64,000 nt of DNA, taken from assembly GCA_963801605.1 (NCBI GenBank), contig CAWDFP010000006.1:992001-1056000 (forward strand), written 5' to 3'. Both the position numbers and the translations under genes were made by a program. Shown here one piece after another: positions 31,819 through 41,759 of the stretch. Position 1 is the stretch's first letter; every line of letters starts with the position of its first letter. Source of the DNA: an uncultured candidate division Zixibacteria bacterium (GTDB taxonomy: Bacteria; Zixibacteria; MSB-5A5; UBA10806). The notes beneath the pieces were generated by a model. It saw nothing but the letters and a program-made list of their open reading frames with translations, was not told the origin of the DNA and ran no database searches.

Positions 31819-32680
31819 AATAGAATATATCGCCGTAAAAGGAATACTATTTCTGGTCAACCTCATACCCTATAGAATGGCGCTTTGTTTAGGAAACATC
31901 ATCGGCTTTCTGGCCTTTTCAGTATTTAGAATCAGACGAGAGGTAACGCTTACCAACCTAAAAAAGTCTTTTGGAGATCGTTTTACAGATCGACAATATA
32001 GAAGACTTGGTCTTCGAGCCTACAATAATATCTGTAAAAGCATGATAGAGTATGGTTTGTTTCCCTCTTTTAATAAAAATAAGCTGGAAAGAATTATCAC
32101 AATTGAGGGAGCCGAGCATTTCCAGAAAATCAAAAATGCCGGGAAAGGGGCAGTGCTGGTTACCGGGCATTTTGGTAGCTGGGAACTCATGGGAGCTTAT
32201 GTTGCCCAGCATGACTGGCCTATCGATTATTTGGTGGGAGAGCAGCATAACCTTAAAGTAAATAAAATCATGAACGATCATCGCCGTATGTTCGGCATTG
32301 GGCTTATCGAATTAGGTGTGGCGGCTCGAGGAGTTATTAAGGCTGTTCGCGAGGGGCGTATGGTTGCTATGCTTTCTGATCAGGATGCGGGAAGCGACGG
32401 AGTCATCGTAGAATTTCTGGGCCGACCCGCCTCCACGCCTAAAGGACCGGCAGCATTCTCGCTCAAAACTGGCGCGCCGCTGCTTTGTGGTGTAATTATC
32501 CGTGAAGGTTTGCGTCAGCGAATAGTTGTTGAGCCGCCGATAAATATCACGCCAAGCGTCGATAAAAATGAAGATATCAGGGCCTTAACACAAGCCTATA
32601 CCTCAATTCTTAGTAAATATATAAAGGAGTACCCCGATCATTGGTTTTGGCCGCATCGGCGCTGGAAATCAACCTCATGA
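31796..32680 (+). CDS. lipid A / lysophospholipid acyltransferase (LpxL/HtrB family)
   Basis: GHFGSWE, LSDQD, FLGRPA, WFWPHRRWK. Confidence 0.88.
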   Translation: MMKKIRYEIEYIAVKGILFLVNLIPYRMALCLGNIIGFLAFSVFRIRREVTLTNLKKSFGDRFTDRQYRRLGLRAYNNICKSMIEYGLFPSFNKNKLERIITIEGAEHFQKIKNAGKGAVLVTGHFGSWELMGAYVAQHDWPIDYLVGEQHNLKVNKIMNDHRRMFGIGLIELGVAARGVIKAVREGRMVAMLSDQDAGSDGVIVEFLGRPASTPKGPAAFSLKTGAPLLCGVIIREGLRQRIVVEPPINITPSVDKNEDIRALTQAYTSILSKYIKEYPDHWFWPHRRWKSTS

Positions 32681-35001
32681 GAGAGCACTCTCTTTTTACG
32701 GGACGGCCCGGACTGGTGGCCATTCTTCTATTTATTCTTGGTATTTTCGTCGCGCTATTTATTCAGTTTCCTTATTCAATCCCATTGACATTTCTTATCA
32801 TTACTTTTTTTGCACTTACTTATACCTATCTCAAGGGGTGGATGCGAACATCCGCCTGGATAACTGCGATTCTTATTATTATAACAGGTTGGTATCTTAC
32901 GCGGCTTTCCAGCGGCCCGTTTGCCCCCAATCATATCGAAAATCTCGCAAAAAATGGCGGGCGGGTAGAGCTGGTGGGAAGGATTATTGAAGAGCCGGAT
33001 ATCAGAAGAGATAAGACTTATTTGGTTGTCGAAGCTGATTCGATTTTTATGGGCCGAGTTTGGATTCCCACATTCGGCAGGGTACGCGCCGGCATTAAAG
33101 ATGGCGGTTCCCATTATGAGCATTCTGATATCATAAACCTTAACGGATATATCTATCAGCCCGAGGGTCCTCGAAATCCGGGCGGCTTTGACTATCGGGC
33201 TTATCTACGTAATAAGGATATTTCCGCAGCTATTTCAGTTTCGGGGCCAAATCAAGTTATTATTTTGGAAAAAGGAAGATCATTTCTTTCTGCGGTAATA
33301 TCGCCGCTCCGAACCTGGCTGGTTTCAAAAACGAGGGAGTACCTATCACCCCTATCAGCGGCGCTCCTATCCGGATTTATACTTGGCGAGCAACGTGATA
33401 TCCCCGATGAATGCCAGGAACTTTTTCGCAACACCGGAACGCTTCACCTGATGGCAGTCTCCGGATCCAACGTAGGGGTCGTACTGGCGCTCTTTGCATT
33501 CCCTTTAACGCTTTTGAAAGTGCCGCGCAAAATTAAAGTCGTTATCCTGTTTTTGGTAATACTATTCTTTGCCATCTTAACCCGGCTTCAGCCATCCGTG
33601 GTACGTGCCTCAATAATGGCGACGATTGGATTAATCGCTTATGGCTGGATACGAAAACCCGATTATATCAACCTGCTTTCATTTTCCGGACTTCTAATGC
33701 TGCTCTGGCGCCCCCTGCAATTATTCGATGTTGGAGTTCAACTTTCTTTTGCCGCCACGTTTGGCATCATATATGCGCTGCCCAAAATAAATGGCGAGCT
33801 CGCGTTTTTAAAAGGTCGAGTCGGTGGATGGTTGCGAAATTTCCTGCTTGTAGTGGCAAGCACCTTAGCGGCTCAATTGGCCGTTCTGCCGCTTATGGCT
33901 CATTATTTTCAAAATATCCCACTTTCAGGCGTTCTTGCTAATATCCCCATGATACTTTTAGCGGGCCTGGCAAGCACCCTGGGGATCGCATTTTATTTTT
34001 CGCCAATTTTAGGCGGATGGCTATCGACACTGATTTCAATTCCTCTTGGTTGGTGCCTGGATATTATTGTGATAATCCTTCGCTTTTTTGCCTCTCTGCC
34101 TTATGCCAATATCGCGGTAGCTTCGCCGGGCTGGCTCTTGATAATCATTTTTTGGCTTCTTCTATACTTTGGTTTCGAACTTTTGGCCAACCGAAGATTC
34201 AGCAAACTTACATTAATTATGGTCTTGATGGCATCCAACATTTTGATATTCAGCCAAATTTTCCAAACGCGAGACGATTGGAGATTGGAGTTTCTCGATC
34301 TGGGCAGAAACCACGCCTGGATCTATTCTAATAAAGGAGCACCAACTGTCGCCTGCTTAGATTTTTTCGTTCCACAAGAGGATGCTGCCAACGTCATCAT
34401 TCCGCACATTCTTAATCATCATGGAGGAAATCTTAATTATCTTATTACCAGCACTCCTGAAGCAAATGACGTTACTACGATAGCCACAATTTTTAATCCA
34501 AAAATAATTTCATTTTCAAAAATAGATACTATCTTAAAAGATACAGCCATAAGTGATACGGACATAGAGCCTTACAGCAGCCAAAGCAATTTTCCGGCCA
34601 ACATAAAGGTTATATGGGAAAGCTCCGATAATAAGGAAGGGCGCCAGGAGTCTCTCCCGGCGTTTGAGATCGATATAGGGAAAGGTTCGATTGTTTTGGC
34701 TGACTGGACTGGAGCGGAAATTTTGAATGGGCTTGATCAAAAGCGTGTAAGCCTTCTCGAACTGCCGTGGGGCGTCTATGCCCAATCAAGCTGCAAGAAC
34801 GCAATCGAAAAGATCGCTCCGGAGTGTGTAGTTTTCTCCCCCGACCGCTTCACTCAGGCCATGCCTCGGAAGCGGGACGAGTTGACATACTCGGCTGATC
34901 GAATTCTTTCTACATCGATCTTTGGTGGAATCTCATTTAGCAGCGTTGATAGCACTATGAGAATTGAAACCATGAAACCAATTTTCAACGAGAGGAAATA
35001 A
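32677..35001 (+). CDS. comEC: DNA internalization competence protein ComEC/Rec2
   Basis: RNPGGFDY, HLMAVSGSNV, PSVVRASIM, QLSFAAT; ATGA overlap with upstream stop. Confidence 0.9.
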   Translation: MREHSLFTGRPGLVAILLFILGIFVALFIQFPYSIPLTFLIITFFALTYTYLKGWMRTSAWITAILIIITGWYLTRLSSGPFAPNHIENLAKNGGRVELVGRIIEEPDIRRDKTYLVVEADSIFMGRVWIPTFGRVRAGIKDGGSHYEHSDIINLNGYIYQPEGPRNPGGFDYRAYLRNKDISAAISVSGPNQVIILEKGRSFLSAVISPLRTWLVSKTREYLSPLSAALLSGFILGEQRDIPDECQELFRNTGTLHLMAVSGSNVGVVLALFAFPLTLLKVPRKIKVVILFLVILFFAILTRLQPSVVRASIMATIGLIAYGWIRKPDYINLLSFSGLLMLLWRPLQLFDVGVQLSFAATFGIIYALPKINGELAFLKGRVGGWLRNFLLVVASTLAAQLAVLPLMAHYFQNIPLSGVLANIPMILLAGLASTLGIAFYFSPILGGWLSTLISIPLGWCLDIIVIILRFFASLPYANIAVASPGWLLIIIFWLLLYFGFELLANRRFSKLTLIMVLMASNILIFSQIFQTRDDWRLEFLDLGRNHAWIYSNKGAPTVACLDFFVPQEDAANVIIPHILNHHGGNLNYLITSTPEANDVTTIATIFNPKIISFSKIDTILKDTAISDTDIEPYSSQSNFPANIKVIWESSDNKEGRQESLPAFEIDIGKGSIVLADWTGAEILNGLDQKRVSLLELPWGVYAQSSCKNAIEKIAPECVVFSPDRFTQAMPRKRDELTYSADRILSTSIFGGISFSSVDSTMRIETMKPIFNERK

Positions 35002-35002
35002 A

Positions 35003-36169
35003 GTGAGTTTCGCGGGCAACCTGAAAACCGTATCTCCGGCTGATATTTTCCAGCTTATTGTCACTTCCAAAAAAACAGGTGCCCTGTCTATAGTTAAAAG
35101 CGATTCCCGCCGCTTCATTTACTTCCAGGATGGTCTTCTCACATTTGCCTCATCCTCCGACAAACAGGATATGTTCGGAAGCCTGCTGCTTAAAAAAGGA
35201 AGAATTTCCAAACCTGAGCTTGATGCCATTCTTAAAGAAAAACATGATGGCAAGAAAATCGGCCAGGTATTGGTTGAAAAAGGAATCCTAACCCGGGATG
35301 AGGTTTTCGACTGTCTCAAGATGCAGATCGATGAGATAGTCTATAGTCTTTTCGGATGGAAAGACGGCGACTTCGAATTCATCGAGGGAAAGGCGCCGCC
35401 GCCCGATGTCATTCTTACCGAGCTCAATCCCATGAATATGATCATGGAGGGGATGCGGCGTATTGATGAATGGACCGAACTAAAAAAGATTCTGCCCTCC
35501 GATGATGCCCAAATCGAGCTGGTGGTTGATCCGGTCATGAGAAACGAAGAGATGAGACTTACCAAGGATGAGTTTATCGCCCTGGCGTTGATCGGATCTG
35601 GCAAGAGATTCTCGAAAGTTGTGGAAGAAAGTTACCTGGACCAGTTCCAAACCTGCAAGGCGCTGGCTAATTTGTTACAGATGGGGCTTATCAAGGTCGG
35701 GAAAATTCTTCCGGTAATTAAAAACTCAGAGCAGGAACAGAAAAATTTAGTCGAACTATTAGCCCAGGTTTATATCAGCAATCTGGCGCTTATCTTCTCC
35801 GGATTAAAAGAAAAGCTGGGTAACAAAGGCGACCGGGTGATATTCGAGACGTTCGAAGAAAATAAAATGTTTTATCCGATCTTAAGCCAGTTTTTTACCG
35901 CTCGCGATGGTACCATTAATTTTGAGCACTTCCTTGAATTCTATAAAAGATTGCCGGAAGAGGCTCGAATCTGGCGCATTGTTTCAAATTTCAACTCCCT
36001 CCTCAACGATTACCTCGTGGCTGTCCAAAGGCATCTCGGAAATAAGATTTACCGTCGAGTGGTTTCCGAAATTAAAATAAATATCCAAAACAGTATTAAT
36101 CGCAATCGCCAATTGGCCTTAAAGTACGGGCTCGAAGAAGAATTTTCGCGAGCCTTGCGAGATAGATAA
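35003..36169 (+). CDS. DUF4388 domain protein with MshEN-like helices
   Basis: FAGNLKTVS..DIFQLI...KKTG.L, LFGWKDGDFEF, MEGMRRIDEW. Confidence 0.8.
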   Translation: MSFAGNLKTVSPADIFQLIVTSKKTGALSIVKSDSRRFIYFQDGLLTFASSSDKQDMFGSLLLKKGRISKPELDAILKEKHDGKKIGQVLVEKGILTRDEVFDCLKMQIDEIVYSLFGWKDGDFEFIEGKAPPPDVILTELNPMNMIMEGMRRIDEWTELKKILPSDDAQIELVVDPVMRNEEMRLTKDEFIALALIGSGKRFSKVVEESYLDQFQTCKALANLLQMGLIKVGKILPVIKNSEQEQKNLVELLAQVYISNLALIFSGLKEKLGNKGDRVIFETFEENKMFYPILSQFFTARDGTINFEHFLEFYKRLPEEARIWRIVSNFNSLLNDYLVAVQRHLGNKIYRRVVSEIKINIQNSINRNRQLALKYGLEEEFSRALRDR

Positions 36170-36173
36170 TTTC

Positions 36174-36539
36174 ATGAAGAAATCCTTCGTTGTTCTTATT
36201 ACCGGGCTTGTCCTGGCGGATCATGGACACGCTAATGCCATGACATCCACAGGATATGCTATACTGGGCGAGTCATTTTCGCTGGTATTGTTATTGGCCT
36301 GTCTCATTATTGCATCGCTTATTATAACGGAGCTTCGAGGCGGGAAATTTGGCCAGCCCTGGATTTTTATGGCCGCCGGATTTGCCGTTGCTCTGGCAGC
36401 CAGCGTAATCCATTTACTCGATCTGAAGGCAATTATCTTTGGCGATTATGATCTCAGGCCTATTTACCTCGCGGCCCGAACTGCTTCAATGCTTTTAATC
36501 CTGGTTGGCCTTTTTTTCTATAAGAAGGGGCTGCAATAA
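36174..36539 (+). CDS. small integral membrane protein
   Basis: Hydrophobic N-terminus plus three TM segments; tightly coupled to upstream gene. Confidence 0.6.
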   Translation: MKKSFVVLITGLVLADHGHANAMTSTGYAILGESFSLVLLLACLIIASLIITELRGGKFGQPWIFMAAGFAVALAASVIHLLDLKAIIFGDYDLRPIYLAARTASMLLILVGLFFYKKGLQ

Positions 36540-36554
36540 TCGTTTGATTGGCTC

Positions 36555-36581
36555 TAAACATCTTCGCGGCCTTGTCGATAA
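36555..36581 (+). promoter_or_regulatory. sigma28-like promoter
   Basis: TAAA-N15-GTCGATAA versus consensus TAAA-N15-GCCGATAA. Confidence 0.5.
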
Positions 36582-36614
36582 CATTATTAGTTGGTTTGAC
36601 CTGAGAGGTCCTAT

Positions 36615-37439
36615 ATGATTGATGTCATTGAAATAGACGAACGTATCGCCAAGTGCGAAAAGATTCTCGATATGAATCCGCAAAGCCAGATTTTTGCGGC
36701 TTTGGCCGATGCCTATCGCAAAAGGGGAGATTTGGCCAGAGCTCAGGAAATTTGCAATGATGGGCTGAAACTTCACCCGTCTTACGCATCGGCTCGAGTC
36801 GTCATGGCTAAAATTCAATTGGCCAGAGGGAATTATGATTTGGCCTCCGATGAACTTAAAATGGCCATCCTCTCAACCGGACGCACCAGGGCGATCGATG
36901 TTTTAGAAGCTGAGATATTAATCAGACGCGGCCAGAAAGCCGAGGCCTGCCTTATCCTCCAGGGACTCGAGGCAACTGACCCCGATGACGAAAATGTAAA
37001 GAATCTCAAAGCGCTTCTCGATGAAAAACCGAACCCGGATAAGATCGAACTGCCTGCGGATTTATCGCTTAAGCTCGAAAGAGCCGATCAAAAGAGCCTT
37101 ACGCTTGCTCATGCCTTAAGTGTTCTTAAAGTTATGCCGCGCGTTATGGGCGTGATTGCAGTTGGATCTAACGGGCTTCTCCTTGATGGCCGTTTCGACA
37201 GCCATAATGTTAAAGAGGAATTTGCGGCTCTTTCAAAAGGCTTTGTTGATTGGGCAACACAGGGAAGCCAGCGCATCGATTTCGGGGCGGTAAATGAGGT
37301 GCTGATTGAAACCACTTCGTCGAAAATCTGGATTTTCGATAAAATAAAGTATCTGCTCGTAGTTTTTACCAGAGATGATGTCAGCATGGGTGCTCTTAAA
37401 CTGAAAATAGATGATCTCTTTAGAGACATTGTTATTTGA
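36615..37439 (+). CDS. TPR protein with C-terminal roadblock/LC7 domain
   Basis: FAALADAYRKRG..A...C..GL..HP.Y TPR; C-terminal GVIAVG.NGLLL...FAALS. Confidence 0.75.
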   Translation: MIDVIEIDERIAKCEKILDMNPQSQIFAALADAYRKRGDLARAQEICNDGLKLHPSYASARVVMAKIQLARGNYDLASDELKMAILSTGRTRAIDVLEAEILIRRGQKAEACLILQGLEATDPDDENVKNLKALLDEKPNPDKIELPADLSLKLERADQKSLTLAHALSVLKVMPRVMGVIAVGSNGLLLDGRFDSHNVKEEFAALSKGFVDWATQGSQRIDFGAVNEVLIETTSSKIWIFDKIKYLLVVFTRDDVSMGALKLKIDDLFRDIVI

Positions 37440-37448
37440 GGAATCGAT

Positions 37449-37898
37449 ATGGCCCGAGCAAAAGCAGTTAAAAAAAACCAGGACAAATTTCAAATGGCTG
37501 TCAACTATTTGATCGAGTACGATGGGGTAAGGGGAGTCGCTATCGCCGATCCCGAAGGGCTGGTTATAGCTCGCGGCGGAAACGATTTCGATGCCGAGCT
37601 CCATTGTGCCCTGGCGCAGCAAATTACAGCATCCTTAGATGCTATATTGCCGAAATTAATAACTCCGGGAATCGAACATCTTATTGTCAAAACCCCGCAG
37701 GATTGGCTGACCGTGGCTCGCTCGGCAACCTTTCTTCTGATTGTGGTGGCCAAACGAAATGCCGATGAGCTTCTTAATATCCGAATCGGCAAAGCGCTTG
37801 AAATGATTTCATCTCATCTAAAAGGCAAATATCAACCGGCCTTTTCGACTGACCCATCCGGAGTCAAGGCGAAAAAAATGGAGGCTATAAATGTATGA
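37449..37898 (+). CDS. roadblock/LC7 domain protein
   Basis: GVRGVAIADPEGLVIA. Confidence 0.78.
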   Translation: MARAKAVKKNQDKFQMAVNYLIEYDGVRGVAIADPEGLVIARGGNDFDAELHCALAQQITASLDAILPKLITPGIEHLIVKTPQDWLTVARSATFLLIVVAKRNADELLNIRIGKALEMISSHLKGKYQPAFSTDPSGVKAKKMEAINV

Positions 37899-38229
37899 TG
37901 TTTTAGGCGATCTCAACAAGACCTCCGGAGTCAAAGGCTCTATGCTGGTCGGCAACGACGGTATCATTATCGCCGCAGATCTCGATGCCAAGCTCGAAGA
38001 CGAAACCGTAGGCGCGATGGCAGCTTCGATTATGACCAACATCGGCAAAGCTCTGGGTCGGCTTAAACAACATAACCTGGAAAGAGTAACCATCGAGGCT
38101 GATGCAGGAAAAATATTCCTATGCGAGGCCGGAGTTGGGATCCTGGCAGTTGTAACTGAGCCGCAGGTTAATGTCGGATTAGTCAGGTTGGAGATTAAAA
38201 ACGCCGTTTCGCAAATTAAGGGGATGTAG
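37891..38229 (+). CDS. roadblock/LC7 domain protein (MglB/MglC-like)
   Basis: GVKGSMLVGNDGIIIA, GAMAA, NVGLVRLEIK. Confidence 0.85.
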   Translation: MYDVLGDLNKTSGVKGSMLVGNDGIIIAADLDAKLEDETVGAMAASIMTNIGKALGRLKQHNLERVTIEADAGKIFLCEAGVGILAVVTEPQVNVGLVRLEIKNAVSQIKGM

Positions 38230-38242
38230 AGAGGAATTTGGG

Positions 38243-39451
38243 ATGGTATCCATTAATTACGCTTTCAGGGAGATTATCTCCAAAATAGTTTACTATGGTC
38301 CGGGCCTCTCAGGGAAGACTACTAACCTTCAGTATGTCTTTAAAAAGATTCCCAGTGAAACCCGCGGCGAGCTCATCAGCCTGGCAACTGACGCCGACAG
38401 GACTCTATATTTCGATTTTCTGCCTGTCAATGTTGGAACGATACAGGGTTTTGCCACCAAATTCCAACTCTATACGGTTCCCGGCCAGGTGTATTACAAC
38501 GCCACGCGCAAGCTTGTTCTACGGGGCGTGGATGGCTTGGTATTCGTGGCAGATAGCCAACTGGCCAAGATGGATGAGAATCTTGAATCGCTCCATAATC
38601 TAAAAGACAACCTCGAGGAATATGGGTACGATATGTGCCAGATTCCTTTGGTTATACAATACAATAAACGTGATTTACCGGATATCGTATCAATCGCCGA
38701 CCTTGAGAAAGCTCTTAACCCGGGCGGCTTGCCGTACTTTGAGGCCGTGGCCGTCACGGGCGATGGAGTGTTTAAGACACTTAAAGCCATAAGTAAAATC
38801 GTTCTGGATCAGGTAAAGGCCAAAAGAATGGAACCGGCCAAGGTTATTAAAACGCAAACGCAACCTCAACCAGCGCCCAAGGTGCCCGTGGGAGTAGCCC
38901 CGGCCGCCAGCCCGCGAGCAGTTAATAATGAAGTACTTGTTGCTCAACCAAAACCTGAGATTATTAGCCGGGGAGTCGAGGTGCCGGAATCTAAGCTAAA
39001 ATCCGATGATAAGATTGGTACCAGCCAGGTTGAATCTGCAATCATTTCCGATATACCGGGCAGAGTGGTGGTATCTGACGCGCAGGATGATAAACCGCAG
39101 CCTCATGAGGAATCAGTGCATCAGACAGCCACCGAAGAGACAACCGAAAAGGCTGTCATTCGGGATGAAGCACCAGAGCACGGTACGAAGAGCATCGTTG
39201 TTAGCCAGGATTTTGGTCTTACCAACGAATATAGCGTGGTTGACACCAAAGAAGAGGCTTCCCAGGGCAAGGGATGGCTTTCGTATAATGACAACAAATC
39301 AGTCAGCGAAGATGATAATGACGAAATAGAAGACATTAGTCTAAAAAGCGCTTTGCCGTTACGCAAACCGCAAATGGCTGAGAGCCGTAAGGTAAAGAAT
39401 AAAACAGGGAAGTTTAATATCTTCGGCTGGTTCAAGAAATCGAAAAAATAA
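38243..39451 (+). CDS. mglA: small Ras-like GTPase MglA with ~210-aa C-terminal extension
   Basis: KIVYYGPGLSGKTTNL, DRTLYFDFLP, YTVPGQVYY, DGLVFVADSQ, QYNKRDLP as in Myxococcus MglA. Confidence 0.93.
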   Translation: MVSINYAFREIISKIVYYGPGLSGKTTNLQYVFKKIPSETRGELISLATDADRTLYFDFLPVNVGTIQGFATKFQLYTVPGQVYYNATRKLVLRGVDGLVFVADSQLAKMDENLESLHNLKDNLEEYGYDMCQIPLVIQYNKRDLPDIVSIADLEKALNPGGLPYFEAVAVTGDGVFKTLKAISKIVLDQVKAKRMEPAKVIKTQTQPQPAPKVPVGVAPAASPRAVNNEVLVAQPKPEIISRGVEVPESKLKSDDKIGTSQVESAIISDIPGRVVVSDAQDDKPQPHEESVHQTATEETTEKAVIRDEAPEHGTKSIVVSQDFGLTNEYSVVDTKEEASQGKGWLSYNDNKSVSEDDNDEIEDISLKSALPLRKPQMAESRKVKNKTGKFNIFGWFKKSKK

Positions 39452-39477
39452 TACCTGGCGATAAAAGGAGGTTTAAG

Positions 39478-39963
39478 TTGTCTCAAGAACAACAGGTCCT
39501 CTATGAGGATCAAATTCAGCAGATCGATCAGGTCCTGAGCCGGATCATCAGGGAAGCGGAGGCTAAATGCGCGCTCCTGGTGGATAAGGACGGGCACCTC
39601 ATCACGCGGCAGGGGTTTACCCATACTCTCGATACCACGGCCCTGGCTGCTCTTCTGGCGGGAAGCTTCGCCTCCACGAAGGAGATTGCTCGCCTGGTTG
39701 GCGAACCGGAGTTTTCGGTTCTTTTCCATCAGGGGAAAAAAGATCATATCCATATCTCACTTATCGACGAGCGCACCATTATGGTGGTGATTTTCGACGA
39801 CCGCACCACGATCGGTATGATCAGGCTCTATGCCAAAGAAATCGGAGAGACTTTAAAAACTATTCTGTCTGGCACATCGGAAAGCAAACATGATGATCTT
39901 GAATTGGGCAAGGATTTCTCGGATAGCGCTGAAGCTAAACTCAACGATATTTTCCAGGAATAG
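39478..39963 (+). CDS. mglB: MglB GTPase-activating protein
   Basis: LVDKDGHLI, DTTALAALLAG, LVGEPEF..LFHQG, VVIFDDRTT.G..RL, acidic C-terminal helix. Confidence 0.88.
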   Translation: MSQEQQVLYEDQIQQIDQVLSRIIREAEAKCALLVDKDGHLITRQGFTHTLDTTALAALLAGSFASTKEIARLVGEPEFSVLFHQGKKDHIHISLIDERTIMVVIFDDRTTIGMIRLYAKEIGETLKTILSGTSESKHDDLELGKDFSDSAEAKLNDIFQE

Positions 39964-39970
39964 ATTCGAT

Positions 39971-39986
39971 TGGCATATTTGTGGCT
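39971..39986 (+). promoter_or_regulatory. candidate sigma54 promoter upstream of second pilB
   Basis: TGGCATATTTGTGGCT, GG-N10-GC spacing, one mismatch in the -12 box. Confidence 0.45.
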
Positions 39987-40011
39987 GTATAGAAATTAAG
40001 GATTCAGAAGA

Positions 40012-41706
40012 ATGGCAATAGAGCTCGGTAAGATACTTGTCAAAGCCGGCAAAATCACAGAAGTCCAACTTCAAAAGGCGCTGGAAATGCAAAAAAACGG
40101 CGCCGGTAAGCTGGGTGAGATCTTGGTTAAAATTGGCGCTATTACCGATGAAAATGTCATCTCGGAATTTATCGGAAAGCAGCTTAATATTGGTGCGTTA
40201 CGCTTAACCGATATTGAGCTCAATCCCGATATTGTTAAGCTTATCCCTCAGGATATCGCCCGTAAATTTAACGTTATTGCCGTTTCCAAACTTGGCAAGA
40301 CCCTGATTGTCGCCATTTCCGATCCTAATAATATTTATGTTCTCGATGCCATTAAATTTATCACCGGCTGCAATATTCAGCCGGTCATTTCGCCCGAAAA
40401 TACCATCCAGAGCGCTATCGAAACTTATTATGGTGATACCAGCGGCATCAATGAAATCATTAAGGGGATGAGCGCGAACTGGAGGTAGTCGAGGAGGCGG
40501 AAGATGACCCCATCGGAACAGGATCTGCAATCGCAGGTTCAGGATAAGCCTCTGGTGAAATTGGTCGATGGTATCATCGCCGATGCCATCAGAAAAGGCG
40601 CCTCAGATATTCATTTCGAAAGTTATGAAAAGCGCGTTCGGGTCCGTTATCGTATCGACGGCGTACTGCAGGAGATGGCTCCTATTCCGTTTAAATACCG
40701 GGCAGCCATCATTTCACGTATTAAGATTATGGCCGATCTCGATATTTCCGAGCGTCGATTACCGCAGGATGGCAGAATCAAGGTGAAGTTGGGCGAGCGC
40801 ACCATCGATCTTCGTGTTTCGGTTTTGCCAACAATTTTCGGCGAAAAGATCGTCATGAGAATTTTGGATCCCAAATCACTTATGATCGATCTGACCAAAC
40901 TTGGTTTTCCCGAGCTGGCGCTTGATAATTTTAGCAAAGCTATCAGTCTGCCTTATGGCATGATTCTGGTTACGGGGCCTACCGGATCCGGTAAAACTAC
41001 GACCCTGTATTCGGCCTTAAAGACGTTGAATACGATTGATGTTAATATTATGACTGCCGAAGATCCGGTCGAGTTCAATTTCGACGGTATTAATCAGGTA
41101 TTGGTTAGATCCGATATTGGCCTTACTTTTGCCGCCGCGCTACGCTCCTTCTTACGCCAGGACCCCGATATCATCATGGTGGGCGAGATTCGCGACGGCG
41201 AAACTGCCGATATTGCCATCAAGGCCGCCTTAACCGGTCACCTCGTATTTTCAACTCTGCATACCAATGACGCACCTTCGACCATCAACAGGCTGGTGGA
41301 TATGGGCGTACCCAGCTACCTGGTAGCGGCTTCTACAAAGTTAATCATGGCTCAAAGAATGGTGCGTAAAATCTGCACCTTCTGTAAACAGGAAGTGGCC
41401 ATTGACGCCCAAAATCGCCGATATACTTCGATTGGATACCGAAGAAACTAAATCAATGAAGCTATTCGAGGGAAAAGGCTGCAATCAATGTAATGGTACC
41501 GGGTTATTCCGGAAGAACCGGCCTTTTCGAAGTTATGCCGATATCACCGGCTATTGAAAAGATGATCGTCCTGAACGCGTCGACGGCCGAAATAAGGGCT
41601 CAGGCCATGAGCGAAGGGATGCTGACTCTTGCGTCACGCCGGGTTTGAAAAACTTCGCCTGGGGATCTCCTCGCTGGAAGAAATAGTAGCCGAGACTGCG
41701 GTATAA
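40012..41706 (+). CDS. pilB: type IVa pilus extension ATPase PilB, frameshifted near 40475-40512 and 41410-41640
   Basis: ORFs 40012-40488 and 40504-41451 plus downstream fragments (GKGCNQCNGTG, FEVMPI, EEIVAETAV*); LRSFLRQDPD. Confidence 0.88.
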
Positions 41707-41710
41707 AAAC

Positions 41711-41737
41711 TATAGTAGTTAAATTTATTGTCGATAA
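41711..41737 (+). promoter_or_regulatory. sigma28-like promoter upstream of second pilT
   Basis: TATA-N15-GTCGATAA; same -10 octamer as 36574-36581. Confidence 0.42.
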
Positions 41738-41759
41738 TAAGTAAAGAGGTATAATTGAA

